Of a stretch of DNA of 64,000 nt, positions 13,207-26,270 are shown piece after piece. The stretch comes from Negaprion brevirostris. Lineage: Eukaryota. Position 1 is the stretch's first letter, and every line of letters starts with the position of its first letter. Under the pieces are notes generated by a model, which saw only the letters and a program-made list of their open reading frames with translations, was not told the DNA's origin and did no database searches. Position numbers and translations under genes: made by a program. The stretch is taken from contig JARDVH010000163.1 in NCBI GenBank assembly GCA_030324005.1, forward strand, positions 44,755,424 to 44,819,423, given 5' to 3'.

Positions 13207-15067
13207 GGTGTGATTTGCAAAGGGAGAAAATTTGGGGGCAATTTCTAAGCAGGGCAGCAAACCAGGAGACTCAAACAGAAGTCATGTAGTGGGCCACCCT
13301 CTGAGTGCCACGGCCTCCGCAAGTCTCCAGCCACTGGGTTGCTGGTGCTGTCAGCTCCATGCCAGAAATTGGCATAGAGCTGCATAAATCATTTAAATGG
13401 TGATTTAAGTATAATTAGCGGGCCTGGGACTGAGGTCTCAAGGCCTGCTAAAGTCTCCCCCCACCAGACATTTACAACAGCTCCCACTTAAGGGGAGCTG
13501 GCGGCCTGACCCACTGGAGTGAGGGGGGGCCATTGTGACCCTGAAGAGGGTGGGATAAGGGGGTGTCCCCTAGGCATTGCCAACCTGGCACCTGCCACTG
13601 CCAGCGGCACCTTGGCACTGCCACCAGGCATCAGGCAGTTTCAAGGGGGATGGGGCCAGAACAGGGGCAGGGCCGACAGGGGCAGGGCCTCTGGGTGGGA
13701 GATCAATTGGGGGGGGGGGGTTATTTCCCTGCCACTNNNNNNNNNNNNNNNNNNNNNNNNNNNNNNNNNNNNNNNNNNNNNNNNNNNNNNNNNNNNNNNN
13801 NNNNNNNNNNNNNNNNNNNNNNNNNNNNNNNNNNNNNNNNNNNNNNNNNNNNNNNNNNNNNNNNNNNNNNNNNNNNNNNNNNNNNNNNNNNNNNNNNNNN
13901 NNNNNNNNNNNNNNNNNNNNNNNNNNNNNNNNNNNNNNNNNNNNNNNNNNNNNNNNNNNNNNNNNNNNNNNNNNNNNNNNNNNNNNNNNNNNNNNNNNNN
14001 NNNNNNNNNNNNNNNNNNNNNNNNNNNNNNNNNNNNNNNNNNNNNNNNNNNNNNNNNNNNNNNNNNNNNNNNNNNNNNNNNNNNNNNNNNNNNNNNNNNN
14101 NNNNNNNNNNNNNNNNNNNNNNNNNGTGCACAGAGTGTGGGAAATTCAGTTTGAAACTCCTGCTGAAATTAACAATAGGATTTACTCCAATTTTCACGCG
14201 AATTTGAATTGGAATTTTTCTGGGAGAATCCCACCTTTTAACCTCCCACCAAATTCAAACCAACCAGCCTTCTGGAGTTAAAGTGTTTAAAGTCTGCTTG
14301 CTGACCCCAACCCATTCACTTATATTTTAAACAGAGACATGAATGGAGTGGGTAGCCAACTCACTTTAGGTAAGTGCTACTGCTAGGTAAGGGCTACTGC
14401 TTCCTTGGAATAAGTGCCAGGGGGATGCCTCCTGAATTCTGCATACCAGCCTGACCAAACACTCATGAATGGATACCCCTTCGCCCCTGATCTTCAACCT
14501 TCCATATGCTACTGGGACCCTCCACTCTGAGTGGGTCAGAAGATAAAATTCCCCCAAATGTTCCCCCCAAATCTTTACTCTCCATTATAATTTCCTTGTC
14601 ACTGTCACTGAAGGAACCATAATTAATTTTTCTAACTTCTTCCTTCCTATCTGTGACCATAATGCAATGGAGTTTTACATTATGATTGACAATGAGATCG
14701 TTCAAGGGGAAGTTCATAAGATGTAGGAGCAGAATTCGGCCATTTGGCCCATCAAGTCCGCTCCACCATTCGATCGTGGCTGAAATGCTCCTCATTCCAA
14801 TTTTCCTGTCTTCTCCCCATAACCCTTCAACCAAGGTGTTAAATTTGAACAAAGGAAATTATGAAGTTATAAGAGGCAAATTGACTCAGCTGAATGGGGA
14901 AATACATTAAAAAGTATGATTATACATATGCAATGGACAGTCTCTAAAGAGTTATAATAGCAATTATACATTCCTTTCAAAAACAATATCTCAGAAAGAA
15001 AAGTCAGTCAATCATGGCTGACGAAGAAAGTTAATAATAGAAAAACTCTATAGAGTGTTCATAATTA

Positions 15068-15132
15068 GGTTGGCATGGTGGCACAGTGCTGCTGCCTCAG
15101 AGCAGCAGGGATCCGGGTTCGATTCCCGGCTT
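15068..15132 (+). mobile_element. tRNA-derived SINE head, truncated by an N gap
   Basis: ggcatggtggcacagtgctgctgcctcagagcagcagggatccgggttcgattcccgg, with Pol III B box GGTTCGATTCC. Confidence 0.7.
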
Positions 15133-16459
15133 NNNNNNNNNNNNNNNNNNNNNNNNNNNNNNNNNNNNNNNNNNNNNNNNNNNNNNNNNNNNNNNNNNNN
15201 NNNNNNNNNNNNNNNNNNNNNNNNNNNNNNNNNNNNNNNNNNNNNNNNNNNNNNNNNNNNNNNNNNNNNNNNNNNNNNNNNNNNNNNNNNNNNNNNNNNN
15301 NNNNNNNNNNNNNNNNNNNNNNNNNNNNNNNNNNNNNNNNNNNNNNNNNNNNNNNNNNNNNNNNNNNNNNNNNNNNNNNNNNNNNNNNNNNNNNNNNNNN
15401 NNNNNNNNNNNNNNNNNNNNNNNNNNNNNNNNNNNNNNNNNNNNNNNNNNNNNNNNNNNNNNNNNNNNNNNNNNNNNNNNNNNNNNNNNNNNNNNNNNNN
15501 NNNNNNNNNNNNNNNNNNNNNNNNNNNNNNNNNNNNNNNNNNNNNNNNNNNNNNNNNNNNNNNNNNNNNNNNNNNNNNNNNNNNNNNNNNNNNNNNNNNN
15601 NNNNNNNNNNNNNNNNNNNNNNNNNNNNNNNNNNNNNNNGACCTCTGAATTGAACAGAGAGTGGGAGATTCGAGTCTGAAGTTGCAATGAAAAAACAATC
15701 ATGATTTACACCAGATTCCCCATCAATTCAGCTCTTAGATTTTTTTGGGAGAATTGGGCCCACAATTTCAGAATCAGGTGAAAGCCACTTTGGACCAAAA
15801 AATGGGTTTACTCAGAGGATTGTGGAGCTATGGAATTTCCCACCCCTCAAGGGCTATGAAAGCTGAGTCATTGAGTTTAAAGTAGAGATTGACAGATTGT
15901 TAAATGCTAATGATGTAAAGGGATATGAGGATAGTGTGAGAAAAAGGCATTGAAGCAGCTGATCCGCCATGATCATATTGATGCACTCAATGGGCTATAT
16001 GGCCTACTCCTGTTCCTATGTTCCTATTTATCTGTAGCAGCTGTTACACATATATTGACAAATTATTCTACATTTCTTGATTATGTTTTACTGATTTCTG
16101 CAACCCACATACTCTTCAAGCTCACTACACTTTTTGACATTACACGGCTCTACCTTTAATTTAATGTTATCCTTAATTTCTCCAGTTAATCACAGTTGGA
16201 ACATTTTTCTATGAGGTTTCCTCAGGGAATGTAGGTTTGTTACGAATTATGAATTATTTCTTTAATTGTTCTCTACAGCTTATCGACCAGTAGATCTTTT
16301 AAACTAATTTCCCAGTCCACGCTAGCCAACCTGCCATTCATACTTACATAATCAGTTTTGTTTAAATGTAGAACCCTAGATTCGGCATAACCACGTCACT
16401 CTCACACTCCATATGAAATTCTACCACATTAATTACCACATAAAGGCTGATTAACAAAA

Positions 16460-17467
16460 CTGAGCCTCATGGTATCAACTTGGATTTTAAAAAAACTTAA
16501 AGACAGAAAAAGTGAGTCTTGGTAAGTGATTGTTTTTCAGACTGCAGAATAAAGGACAGTGATGTTCCCCAAAGTTCAGTGCTAGGGCCCATGGCCTTTT
16601 ATGATATTGGAATACCGAGTAAAATGGTAAAATTTGGCAGTGATAGCAAACTTGAGGGTATGGCTAATCGAGTAGATATCAATCTACTTCAATAGGACAT
16701 AAATAAGCTAGTGCACAAGTGGCAGATGGAATTTCGTGATGCAATTTGGCAGAAGGCAATATGGACTAAATGGCACAGTTCTAAGAATGTGCAGGGATAG
16801 AGGGACCTGGGGATGCATATGCATGGGTCGTTAAAGATAGCAGGACGTACAGATGGAATAAGTAGCAAAGCACATACGATCTTGGGCTTCACAAAGGTAT
16901 TGAATACAAAAGCAGAGAAGTTATATTGAAGCTGTATGAAGCTCTAGTTAGGCCGCAATTGGTGTTTAGTGTCCTGTTCTGGCGATCACAATTTAGGAAG
17001 AACCTTCAGAGGGTGCAGAGGAGATTTACTAGAATGGTTCCGGGATGAGGGATTTTAGCTATAAGGTTAGATTAGAGAAGCTGGAGTTAATCTCCTTGGA
17101 ATAAAGGAGAGTGAGAGGAGATTTGAAACAGGTGTACAAGATAATGACAGATTTAGATAAGATAGACAAAAAGAAGTTGTTCCTATTAACCGATGGACTA
17201 GTGGAAACAGATTTAAGGTTTTAGGCAAGAGTTATGGTGAAGGACTTTATTCTTGCATCAAATGGTAATGGCCTGGAAATCACTACCCCTGAAGATGGTG
17301 CAAGAGAAGATGATCAATAATTTCTAAAGGAGATTGGATGGGTATTTGGGGAAAATAAATCTATAGGGATAGAGCAGTGGAATGGTTGTATTGGTCTATA
17401 TAGAGTCAGCATGAGCTCACTGGGCTGAATGGACTCCTGTGTGCCATAATGATTCCTTCACTCTATG
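16460..17467 (+). mobile_element. CR1 LINE 3' portion (RT C-terminus and tail)
   Basis: gttccccaaagttcagtgctagggcc (a decayed GVPQGSVLGP), aaatttggcagtgat (near the FADD motif), agggtgcagaggagatttactagaatg (RVQRRFTRM), and tail gggctgaatggactcc. Confidence 0.75.
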
Positions 17468-18554
17468 ATCACTATTCTCCAGAAGATTCTTTATTATAGA
17501 TTTACCAATTAACCTATCTCATTCATAAAACTAGAACTAAAACAAGCTGTTGCCCTCAACATATTATTCCAGAAATCAGTCTTGAATGCATCTTATGAAA
17601 TTGTTTACCCAACTACTTTTGTCAATTTGGGTTGCTGAATCTTTATGAAGACTAAAGTCTGCCATAATTATTCATACAGACTTATTAACTTAACAGTGGC
17701 ATTCAGCAGGGTAATAACCAAATGTGTATTTGTGGTTCCCTTACGTAGAGGAGATTGTATCACGAACAATGAATACAGTATAGTAAATTGGGAAAAGTGA
17801 AAGTAAATTACTGTTTCACTTGAAAAATGCGTTTAGGAGCCCAATATTGGGAAGGGGACAGGTGGTTTGGTGAGTGTTGCTGTATTTCCAGCATTTTCTG
17901 GTTTTATTTCAGGTCAGCAGCAGCTGCAGTGTTTTACTTTGTTTTGTATGAGTTAAAAGAGGGGAAATGCAATAAATAGCTAGCAGGAGGATTTAAGATA
18001 AGAAGATTAAATGTCAGATTAAGCTGAAGCATTGAGCCCGTGTTTTCACACTGGTTATGCATTAGGATGAATAATAAGTCAGTACATGATACCTGGCAGG
18101 GTTTCTCATGACAATACATGAAATTTAATACTTGGTAGAATACCACAAGTAATTTTCAGTTGGTAGGCATCCCCTCAAATACAAAAGTTTCTAAAATCTG
18201 GCATTAATCTATCACAAGGCCATAGTTGTGAATGGGATGCATATTGCTGTGAAGGAAAGCTTTTGCCTGAAATTCCTCCTCTGTGTGAGAAGTGCAATGA
18301 CTTTTAAACTATGTAAAGAATTCTTGACAAAGAGTTGGTCATGTCATGTGAGGAGCTGCTACAGCTTCAGCATTGGTTTATAAGAGTTGAATCTCTAATG
18401 TAATCTGTGGTCTATTATGTCCCACTTCCCTCTTACGTGCTACCTGCACCACCCAATAATTGCCACAAGAAATTTGTCACTATTATTGAACTTCATTTGC
18501 GACCATTAGCACAGGGATGGAATGAATATGACCCATAATGCAAAATGAGTGAGT

Positions 18555-18631
18555 ACACAATAAATAATTACATTTATTTACACAATCTACACAATAAATA
18601 ATCACAATCCACACAATAAATAATTACATTT
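18555..18631. repeat. Short imperfect tandem repeat (acacaataaataat x3)
   Basis: The unit occurs at 18555, 18589 and 18611. Confidence 0.7.
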
Positions 18632-18719
18632 TCTTTTAATTTTAATTCAAAAATATGGGGGATGGAATCGAATATTCCCATGGAGGCGAACTGGGAGACA
18701 GGGCGATCCACAGAATCGA

Positions 18720-19013
18720 GTTGCCCTTCTTCAGAGGCAGTTGAGAATCAACCACATTGTTGTGGCTCTGGAGTCACATTTAGGCCAGACCAGGTAAGAA
18801 GGGTAGTTTTCCTTCCCTAAAGGACATTAGTGAACCAGATGGTTTTTCCAACAATCGACAGTGGTTTTATGGTCATTAGGAGATTCTTAATTCCAGATAA
18901 TTGTTGTTGAATTTAAATTCCACCAACTGCCATGGTGGGATTTGAACCCAGAACAATAGCTGAGTTTCTGGATTAATAGTCTAACGATAATACCATTAGG
19001 TCATCACCTCCCC
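18720..19013 (-). mobile_element. tRNA-derived SINE of a second shark family
   Basis: Minus-strand head ggggaggtgatgacctaatggtattatc and B box gggttcaaatccc; body catctggttcactaatgtcctttagggaagg...gactccagagccacaacaatgtggttg. Confidence 0.7.
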
Positions 19014-19129
19014 GTCTTAGTTTAGTATAATCTGTTTCTGAAGGCAAAATAGGATCAGTAGTGGTTATATGCAGCTCCTTGCTCACTATTCTATCTCACA
19101 TTGACTTGATTATTCTAACAGATATTTGT

Positions 19130-20110
19130 GGTTTTCTATCCTTCAGCCAATTTTGTATTCATTCCCAGGAATTATCATGTCTTTTTAGCAATGTGAGATA
19201 ACTAAACTATCATGCAGAGCTTTGTCAAATGCCTTACAGAAACACAAACAAATTGTACTGTCAGATTTCCCAGCTGGGTGTCACTTTCTCAGAAGTCAAG
19301 GAGATTGATCATATAGGATCTATTCCTCTAATGCCTTGCAGTTGCTGCTTACTAGATCATTGTTGTACAGTTAAATCTTAAATTTACGACTGGAGAACAA
19401 TTCTAAAACCTTACATGGAATTTAAGAAAGACGAATTGATTTGTGGTTGCCAATGCCTGTTTTGTCACCTTGGTTGTATTTGAGTACCACCTTAGCCTGT
19501 TTCCAATCTAATATTTCCCCAGTGTCCAGCAATTCTCTCATAATCATTAATAATGTTCCTGTCTTATTTCTTTCAACACTGGAATAAATATCATCTGTCC
19601 CTGGGAATTTGTTTTGAGCCCTTTTAGCCTGTCAAGAGCTTCCATTTAATTTATATCAAGGCTATTCATTTTGCTTTGGATATCACTTGTTAGGGAGACA
19701 GTGTTATTCAAATCTTCCCTAGTGAATACTCGGAGGAAGGAATCATTCAGAATATGGGCTAATTTGTGCTCGATCCTCACTTTTGATCCCGGTAACTTTA
19801 TGTTTTCACTTTGGTCAAGATTTTCAGTTGTCCATGGGGGCAAAGCAGGTGCCCTTTGAACGTAACACCCTGGGATGGCATTTCTGACACTTCTATGACA
19901 TGCTTGAATTTTTAAAGAGAGGACCAGAGATGATAGAGCCAGTGAGATGCACGCTTGTAATTAACTTGGTATTTAGCTCATTGAAGAACTTAGTGACAGA
20001 CTGGAAAGGGACAGAATCAAAGTTAACAAGGGGAAGAAGGAATGATCTGGGACATGTTAGCGCACAGCTGTCAGGAGCAAAATGGGGAACCATCATTCAT
20101 TATAGGCGCA
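19130..20110 (-). mobile_element. Older CR1-class LINE ORF2 remnant
   Basis: ORF 19646-19843 contains LAHILNDSFLRVFTRED (the CR1 'LNxyFxSVFT' motif); ctttgtcaaatgcctt is an antisense KAFDK. Confidence 0.55.
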
Positions 20111-22761
20111 GATGAAATATCTTGTATTAGAAAGGGATAGTCTATCTGAGGCGATCATGCAGTGCTACAAAGAACTGGATTTCAAGGGGTGGTGATGATG
20201 GGTGGGAGTGGAAATAGACTGCCTTCCCTTCTAGAAGGAAATTCAGTCCTTTTAAAAAGCCTTTTCCCCACAATGACAACATGCTGGGCATAAACTAAAC
20301 AGGCTGAGGGACAGACTTCTGCCCATCAGTGGACAGGAAGTCTCACCCTTGACAGCTGCTGGCCAATTTGAATGGCTAGCAGCTCTAGAAGTCCCAGCAG
20401 TGCCAGAACTCAGAGGTGGACACTGCTGGGACTGAAAGGAGGCCCTTTGAGAAAAAGATCCTGGCAACCAGAGGCTGGCAAATCCTTGGTTTCTATGGTG
20501 GAGAAGGATCAGAAAACATAGGACAAGGGGAGAGGAGGTGGGGGGGCTGGGTATTGGGGGAGAAGCATGGAGGAAGAAGGGGTGCCGTGTTGGGTGGGGG
20601 TGCTGCCACTGATGTGCATGGGCACTCCTCAATTGATGAGCCCTTGCTTTCTTCCCACCTTTTCAAAAAGCCTCTTCAAAAGCAGTCGCTGCACACTGGC
20701 TCACTTGCCATTGCCCAGCATTTTATGGAAAGAGAGGCAGATTGAAGCCCTCAACTGCCATTTGATTGGGCATCTAACAGCTTCAATAGGCCTAAGAGTG
20801 GGTGACCTAGTGGGCATCATACCCTGCTCCCAAATTATGGAGAACAGATTGGGGGTGGGCAGGAAGAAGGTGAGCACGTTTTATAAGGCACACCTGCTGG
20901 AAACAAACATGATGCCCAACATCACTTGAGCAGAGAGACTTGACTACCTGATGATTGAGTTGGCACTTAAGTAGACCGTGAGGCTGCTAGCCCTCTGTGC
21001 TTGCCTGTTCCATTCCTCTAGGCAGCAGCAAGCTCAGAAATGATGGCTGTTTGCCTTTTAAATTCACCCTCCAGAACTAAGTCCCACCTCTTTCCTGCAC
21101 CTGTTGCCCCTAATTTGGGTACCAAACAGGCCTCCATACAAATTAGAGCCTTTTTCTTTGAAAATCACATCACATGACTGATGCTGACTGGGTCTAGGAT
21201 CGGGACAAGGAAATTGACCCAATGCTGAGTAATGCAAATTCTGATCCTCCTCTCTGACTGCCCTCCTATTATTACACCACTGAAAATAATTTTGCCGTTA
21301 TTTTGTTTGCCGTACCTTTTCTTTTTCTCTAGATCTTCCTTTGCTCATCTGATGATCATTTTACTGAGGCTGAATTTATTTTGCTGTTGTAATTGATTGG
21401 ACAGCAGGCTTTGCACAGGAGAAGCATAAACCACCTTGGTGATCACAAAGAAGAACAACACACAGCACGGGAAACAGGCCCTTCGGCCCAACGAGCCCGC
21501 GCCGCCGTCCCATTGTCTCAGTGACNNNNNNNNNNNNNNNNNNNNNNNNNNNNNNNNNNNNNNNNNNNNNNNNNNNNNNNNNNNNNNNNNNNNNNNNNNN
21601 NNNNNNNNNNNNNNNNNNNNNNNNNAATATCTTAAACCAGACAGAGTTGTGGTCACTGTTAGCCACATGCTCTCCTACTTCACTTCTTATTAATTTATGA
21701 CTAACAACCTGAGAGCATCAAATGACTGCTCCAAGTGAATGCCCTTGCCAGGAAATGTGAGAAGTCAGCAATCTTCTGTACCAGCAATGCAGATATTGAG
21801 GGAGGAGTGTGGGGCTGTGCAGATACTAGCCACAAAACCCTAGCGGAGTCAGCTTTCTTATCCTAGAAAAATAAGAGATAAAAGTAAATGGTCCATTTAT
21901 GGATTGGCTTTTGCTAGTCCCTTTAAGCACTGCTGGGAAGGCTAGTTGATGCCAGGGGCCAATGGGCAAGGCACACTAACTGAACCTTACACCCAGTTCA
22001 GATAGAAGTTGAAGATTAGGCTCCTTGTTTCCTTCAGCAGCGTTGTTGTACCTGTACCTACTTGTTGCTGTTTTGTGTTGTAATTCCTTACCAAGTGTCA
22101 CAAATTTTCTTCCCATTCTTGCTTCTTTTATCAACCTTAGTCTGTCCATTATCTCCAAAGCTTTGGCTTTTTTCAGTGCTGGGCTCCATGTCTTGATTGC
22201 CTTGTCTCTGGTTGTATTGATTTCCAGCTCCAATAATAATTGTCTGATCATTCTAATGTTAGCTGATAATGTTTGACTTCATTCTGGCCATTTCACTTTG
22301 TTGTCTGATCCTCACCAGTGTTCCTTTTCATTCCCGCTTTTCTTCATTGGTCCTCTTTAACATTAAATGCAACAACAACTAGAAGAATAATGTCCCAAGG
22401 GGCTTCATAGGAGCAATTTGAAATGAGGTTTGACATATAAGGAGAGCTTAGGGAAAATAACCAAGAGCATGGTCAAAGGGGAATGCTTTAGTTAGTATCT
22501 CAAAGGAGAAAAGAAAGATAGAGAGATGGCGAGGTTAAGGGTGAGAATTCCAGAATGTAGGACCGAGCAGCTGAAAGCCCAGGAACCAATGAGTGCAGAA
22601 GGGACATGAACTATAGGAGCACAGATATCTTGGAGGATTGTAGATAAAAAGTGAATTTCCTTTCTTTACTTTAGCTTCTATCCTAATCTGATTGTGATCC
22701 TTTATCTCACCATCTGAAGATTTAAATTAAATGTGATGGAATTCCATGCTTTTTGATTCCT

Positions 22762-22980
22762 TGATGTGGCGATGCCAGTGTTGGATTGGGGTGGACAAAG
22801 TAAGAAGTCTCACAATAGCAGGTTAAAATCCAACATGCTTATTTTGTAGCATGAGCTTTCAGAGCACTGCTCCTTCATCAGGTGAGTGGAGAGTTGGGTT
22901 CACAAACAAGGCATATATAGACACAAACTCAATTGCAAGACAATGGTTGGAATGTGAGTCTTAACAGGTAATCAAGTATT
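22762..22980 (-). mobile_element. Penelope-like element end with a minimal hammerhead ribozyme motif (runs into an N gap)
   Basis: Same terminus as 5184-5260. Minus strand 22850-22884 reads CAC CTGATGA AGGAGC AGT GCTCT GAAA GC TC ATG. Confidence 0.7.
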
Positions 22981-23859
22981 NNNNNNNNNNNNNNNNNNNN
23001 NNNNNNNNNNNNNNNNNNNNNNNNNNNNNNNNNNNNNNNNNNNNNNNNNNNNNNNNNNNNNNNNNNNNNNNNNNNNNNNNNNNNNNNNNNNNNNNNNNNN
23101 NNNNNNNNNNNNNNNNNNNNNNNNNNNNNNNNNNNNNNNNNNNNNNNNNNNNNNNNNNNNNNNNNNNNNNNNNNNNNNNNNNNNNNNNNNNNNNNNNNNN
23201 NNNNNNNNNNNNNNNNNNNNNNNNNNNNNNNNNNNNNNNNNNNNNNNNNNNNNNNNNNNNNNNNNNNNNNNNNNNNNNNNNNNNNNNNNNNNNNNNNNNN
23301 NNNNNNNNNNNNNNNNNNNNNNNNNNNNNNNNNNNNNNNNNNNNNNNNNNNNNNNNNNNNNNNNNNNNNNNNNNNNNNNNNNNNNNNNNNNNNNNNNNNN
23401 NNNNNNNNNNNNNNNNNNNNNNNNNNNNNNNNNNNNNNNNNNNNNNNNNNNNNNNNNNNNNNNNNNNNNNNNNNNNNNNNNNNNNNNNNNNNNNNNNNNN
23501 NNNNNNNNNNNNNNNNNNNNNNNNNNNNNNNNNNNNNNNNNNNNNNNNNNNNNNNNNNNNNNNNNNNNNNNNNNNNNNNNNNNNNNNNNNNNNNNNNNNN
23601 NNNNNNNNNNNNNNNNNNNNNNNNNNNNNNNNNNNNNNNNNNNNNNNNNNNNNNNNNNNNNNNNNNNNNNNNNNNNNNNNNNNNNNNNNNNNNNNNNNNN
23701 NNNNNNNNNNNNNNNNNNNNNNNNNNNNNNNNNNNNNNNNNNNNNNNNNNNNNNNNNNNNNNNNNNNNNNNNNNNNNNNNNNNNNNNNNNNNNNNNNNNN
23801 NNNNNNNNNNNNNNNNNNNNNNNNNNNNNNNNNNNNNNNNNCCATATGCTTTGATTTGG

Positions 23860-24345
23860 GGAGGGAATTCCTTGATTTTGACCCAGCGATTGTGATGGAA
23901 TGGCATTATTTCCAAGTCAGGACGGTGAGTGGCTGGAGGAGAACTTGCAGGCGTTGGTGTTCCCATGTATCCTTCGATATGAAAATGGTCATGGGTTTGG
24001 AAGGTGTTGTCTAAGAATCTTTGGTGAATTGCTGCAGTGCATCTTGTGGATAGTACACACTGCTGCCACTGAGTGTCAGTGGTGGAGGGAGTGGATGTGG
24101 TGCCAATCAGGTGGGCTGTTTTGTCCTGAATGGTGTCAAGCTTCTTGAGTGTTGTTGGTGCTGCACCCAACCAGGCAAGTGGCACATGTTCCATCACACT
24201 CCTGACTTGGGTTTTGTAGATGGTGGACAGGCTTTGGGGAGTCAGGAAATGAGTTCCTAACCACTGACTTGCTTTTGTGGCCACTATGTTTATGTGGCAA
24301 GTCCACTTGAGTCTCTGGTCATTGATAAACCCAAGATATTGACAA
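23860..24345 (-). mobile_element. L2/CR1-group LINE ORF2 C-terminal fragment
   Basis: LTPQSLSTIYKTQVRSVMEHVPLAWLGAAPTTLKKLDTIQDK is a typical non-LTR post-RT region. Related sequence occurs at 36240-36900. Confidence 0.7.
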
Positions 24346-25305
24346 CGTGCATTTTTTTTTTTGCCTGTGAATGTGACCTAAACCAATGAGCTCTGAGGTG
24401 CAATCACTGACACTAACAGAGCCTCAGTTGTGCCTGTAACCCTACTGTTTGAATCCGCATCCCACACAACAATTCTTCTCCTGCATCCTCTGCCCCTGCA
24501 ATTTTCATGCCAGGGTGGCACCAAGTGTGAATATTAAAATGGGGTCACAACTGAAAAAGTTTGAAGGCATAAAACGATGCATAGTCCTTTCCTTGGCAAT
24601 GCATTTAATCCCAGATCATCCTTATCAACCCAGTGGTTAACTACATCTCCGTCCCATTTGATTTCTAAGATAGTATCCAGATTTTGATATAAGTGATGAA
24701 GGAATGGCTTGCCGTTCATCTTGTGTATGGTTCCTCAAAGACAACAGCGGGCTTGCAGGCCTCCAGTCACTGTTAGGATTATAGCTACCTGCTCAGACTA
24801 ACAAGATCAAAGACAACAGCACCCAGGCAGAACATTAGCAGATCAATCATTGAGTAGATTTTAACTGCCTACCCACCCGGTTTCTCACAGGTAAGGTTAA
24901 AATTTATCCTGAAATACCAGTTTATATTTAAGCCAAATCAAAACCAGATGCACTCTGGTGAATTTTGAAACCCTGCATTCAGATCAGTTCCCACGCACAC
25001 ACACAAACAGGAATAGAACTTGAAAGCCTCCTGGTCTGTTTGCTCAGTTCAACAGTATGTCATGAACTTACCTGACGAGTCTTTGGAGAAGTCCAATTTT
25101 ACGTTGAAGTGGCTGCAACCACCTTTATATTCCTAAAAGCACACCAAATGCCCTTCCCTTCTCCCTGTTTAAAAGCGCACCGAAAGTCAATGAGACCTCC
25201 ATCCATTGCTGAGCATAAAACCAGTGCTAATATTATTTGTCATCTATTGCTCTAACATTGTATAATAAATGGGACTCACATTCTATTGATTGATTTTCTT
25301 AGCTG

Positions 25306-25319
25306 TTTATTTTTTTATT
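25306..25319 (-). terminator. Tandem AATAAA polyadenylation signals (likely distal PAX3 poly(A) site)
   Basis: Plus-strand tttatt at 25306-25311 and 25314-25319; the minus strand reads TATTTATAATAAAAAAATAAACAGC. Confidence 0.7.
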
Positions 25320-26264
25320 ATAAATAGTAAATATTCACTGTGTTTGTACAGGAAAGAGAATCTTTACATCAAGGCTGTATTTTGCAGTCAAATGTCAAAC
25401 AGAAGGTTGGATGACAGACACCACAAAACATTCAGTTCCATCACCCTTTAAACCAACATATGACAGAAGAGGTCATATTATCTAGATCATTGTACTTAAT
25501 GGCAGTAATTATCTAATTTGTTACTACATGCTAAGCAAAAATGTACATATCATGAGATACATGCTAAATTCTAAAATAGTTGGATATATAGGAATAAATA
25601 ATAGTCTCTCTATGAATATCTATGTTGCAATGCAACAACTTAACAGGTTGATATCATAATCATAATTAAGTTTATGGACAAAGTCATGAAAAATGTTACC
25701 ATAAACTCCTACAAGGATATAAACATCAAGCTACCAATCTTTCTGTGTGATTCTGGAACCATATTTGTAAAAGGTTATATGGAAATGTCCAAATTGCCAC
25801 TATATTTTAAGCACTTAGCAGAAAGGTAGTAACAGTCCATTATGAACAATTTCTCAGCTTTCTGCCTTCTACACATACCATTCCTCTAGTCTTACTAAAA
25901 TAAGATATGGTTTTCAGTTTGTGATATAAACATTACAATGTTGTTCTTTCTACACATCAGATTTTACAGTTAAGAATTTATGTACAATATGAATGTATAT
26001 TTTGTTCAGTTCTTGTATATCCTTAGCAACACCCAAAGCACCTGCCAGTAAACATATGGTCAACTAATTAAATTACAATGATGTCAAGAAAAATAGAATA
26101 CAGTACAATATTTTCAACAAATACCATGGTAACGCAGAAGTACTTAATATTGCACATTGCTGTTTCATCACTAAAGGTGGAGTTAATTTGTTGCTTTTGT
26201 TCTTTCTGCACTGAAGATATTTGATAGTGGGGTGTACCTAATTATGGAACTTTAAACAGCTCCA

Positions 26265-26270
26265 TTTATT
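26265..26270 (-). terminator. Candidate proximal AATAAA in the PAX3 3'UTR
   Basis: Plus-strand tttatt is a minus-strand AATAAA about 0.9 kb after the stop codon. Motif only; usage not shown. Confidence 0.3.

Noticed and set aside
15068-15132. tRNA-like A and B boxes (also at 11.5, 13.2, 19.0 and 36.2 kb)
   Set aside because: These are SINE heads attached to SINE bodies; none forms a complete cloverleaf.
20252-20929. Cluster of 100+ aa ORFs in a GC-rich patch
   Set aside because: They lie in a GC-rich repeat where stop codons are rare; there is no protein similarity or splice structure.
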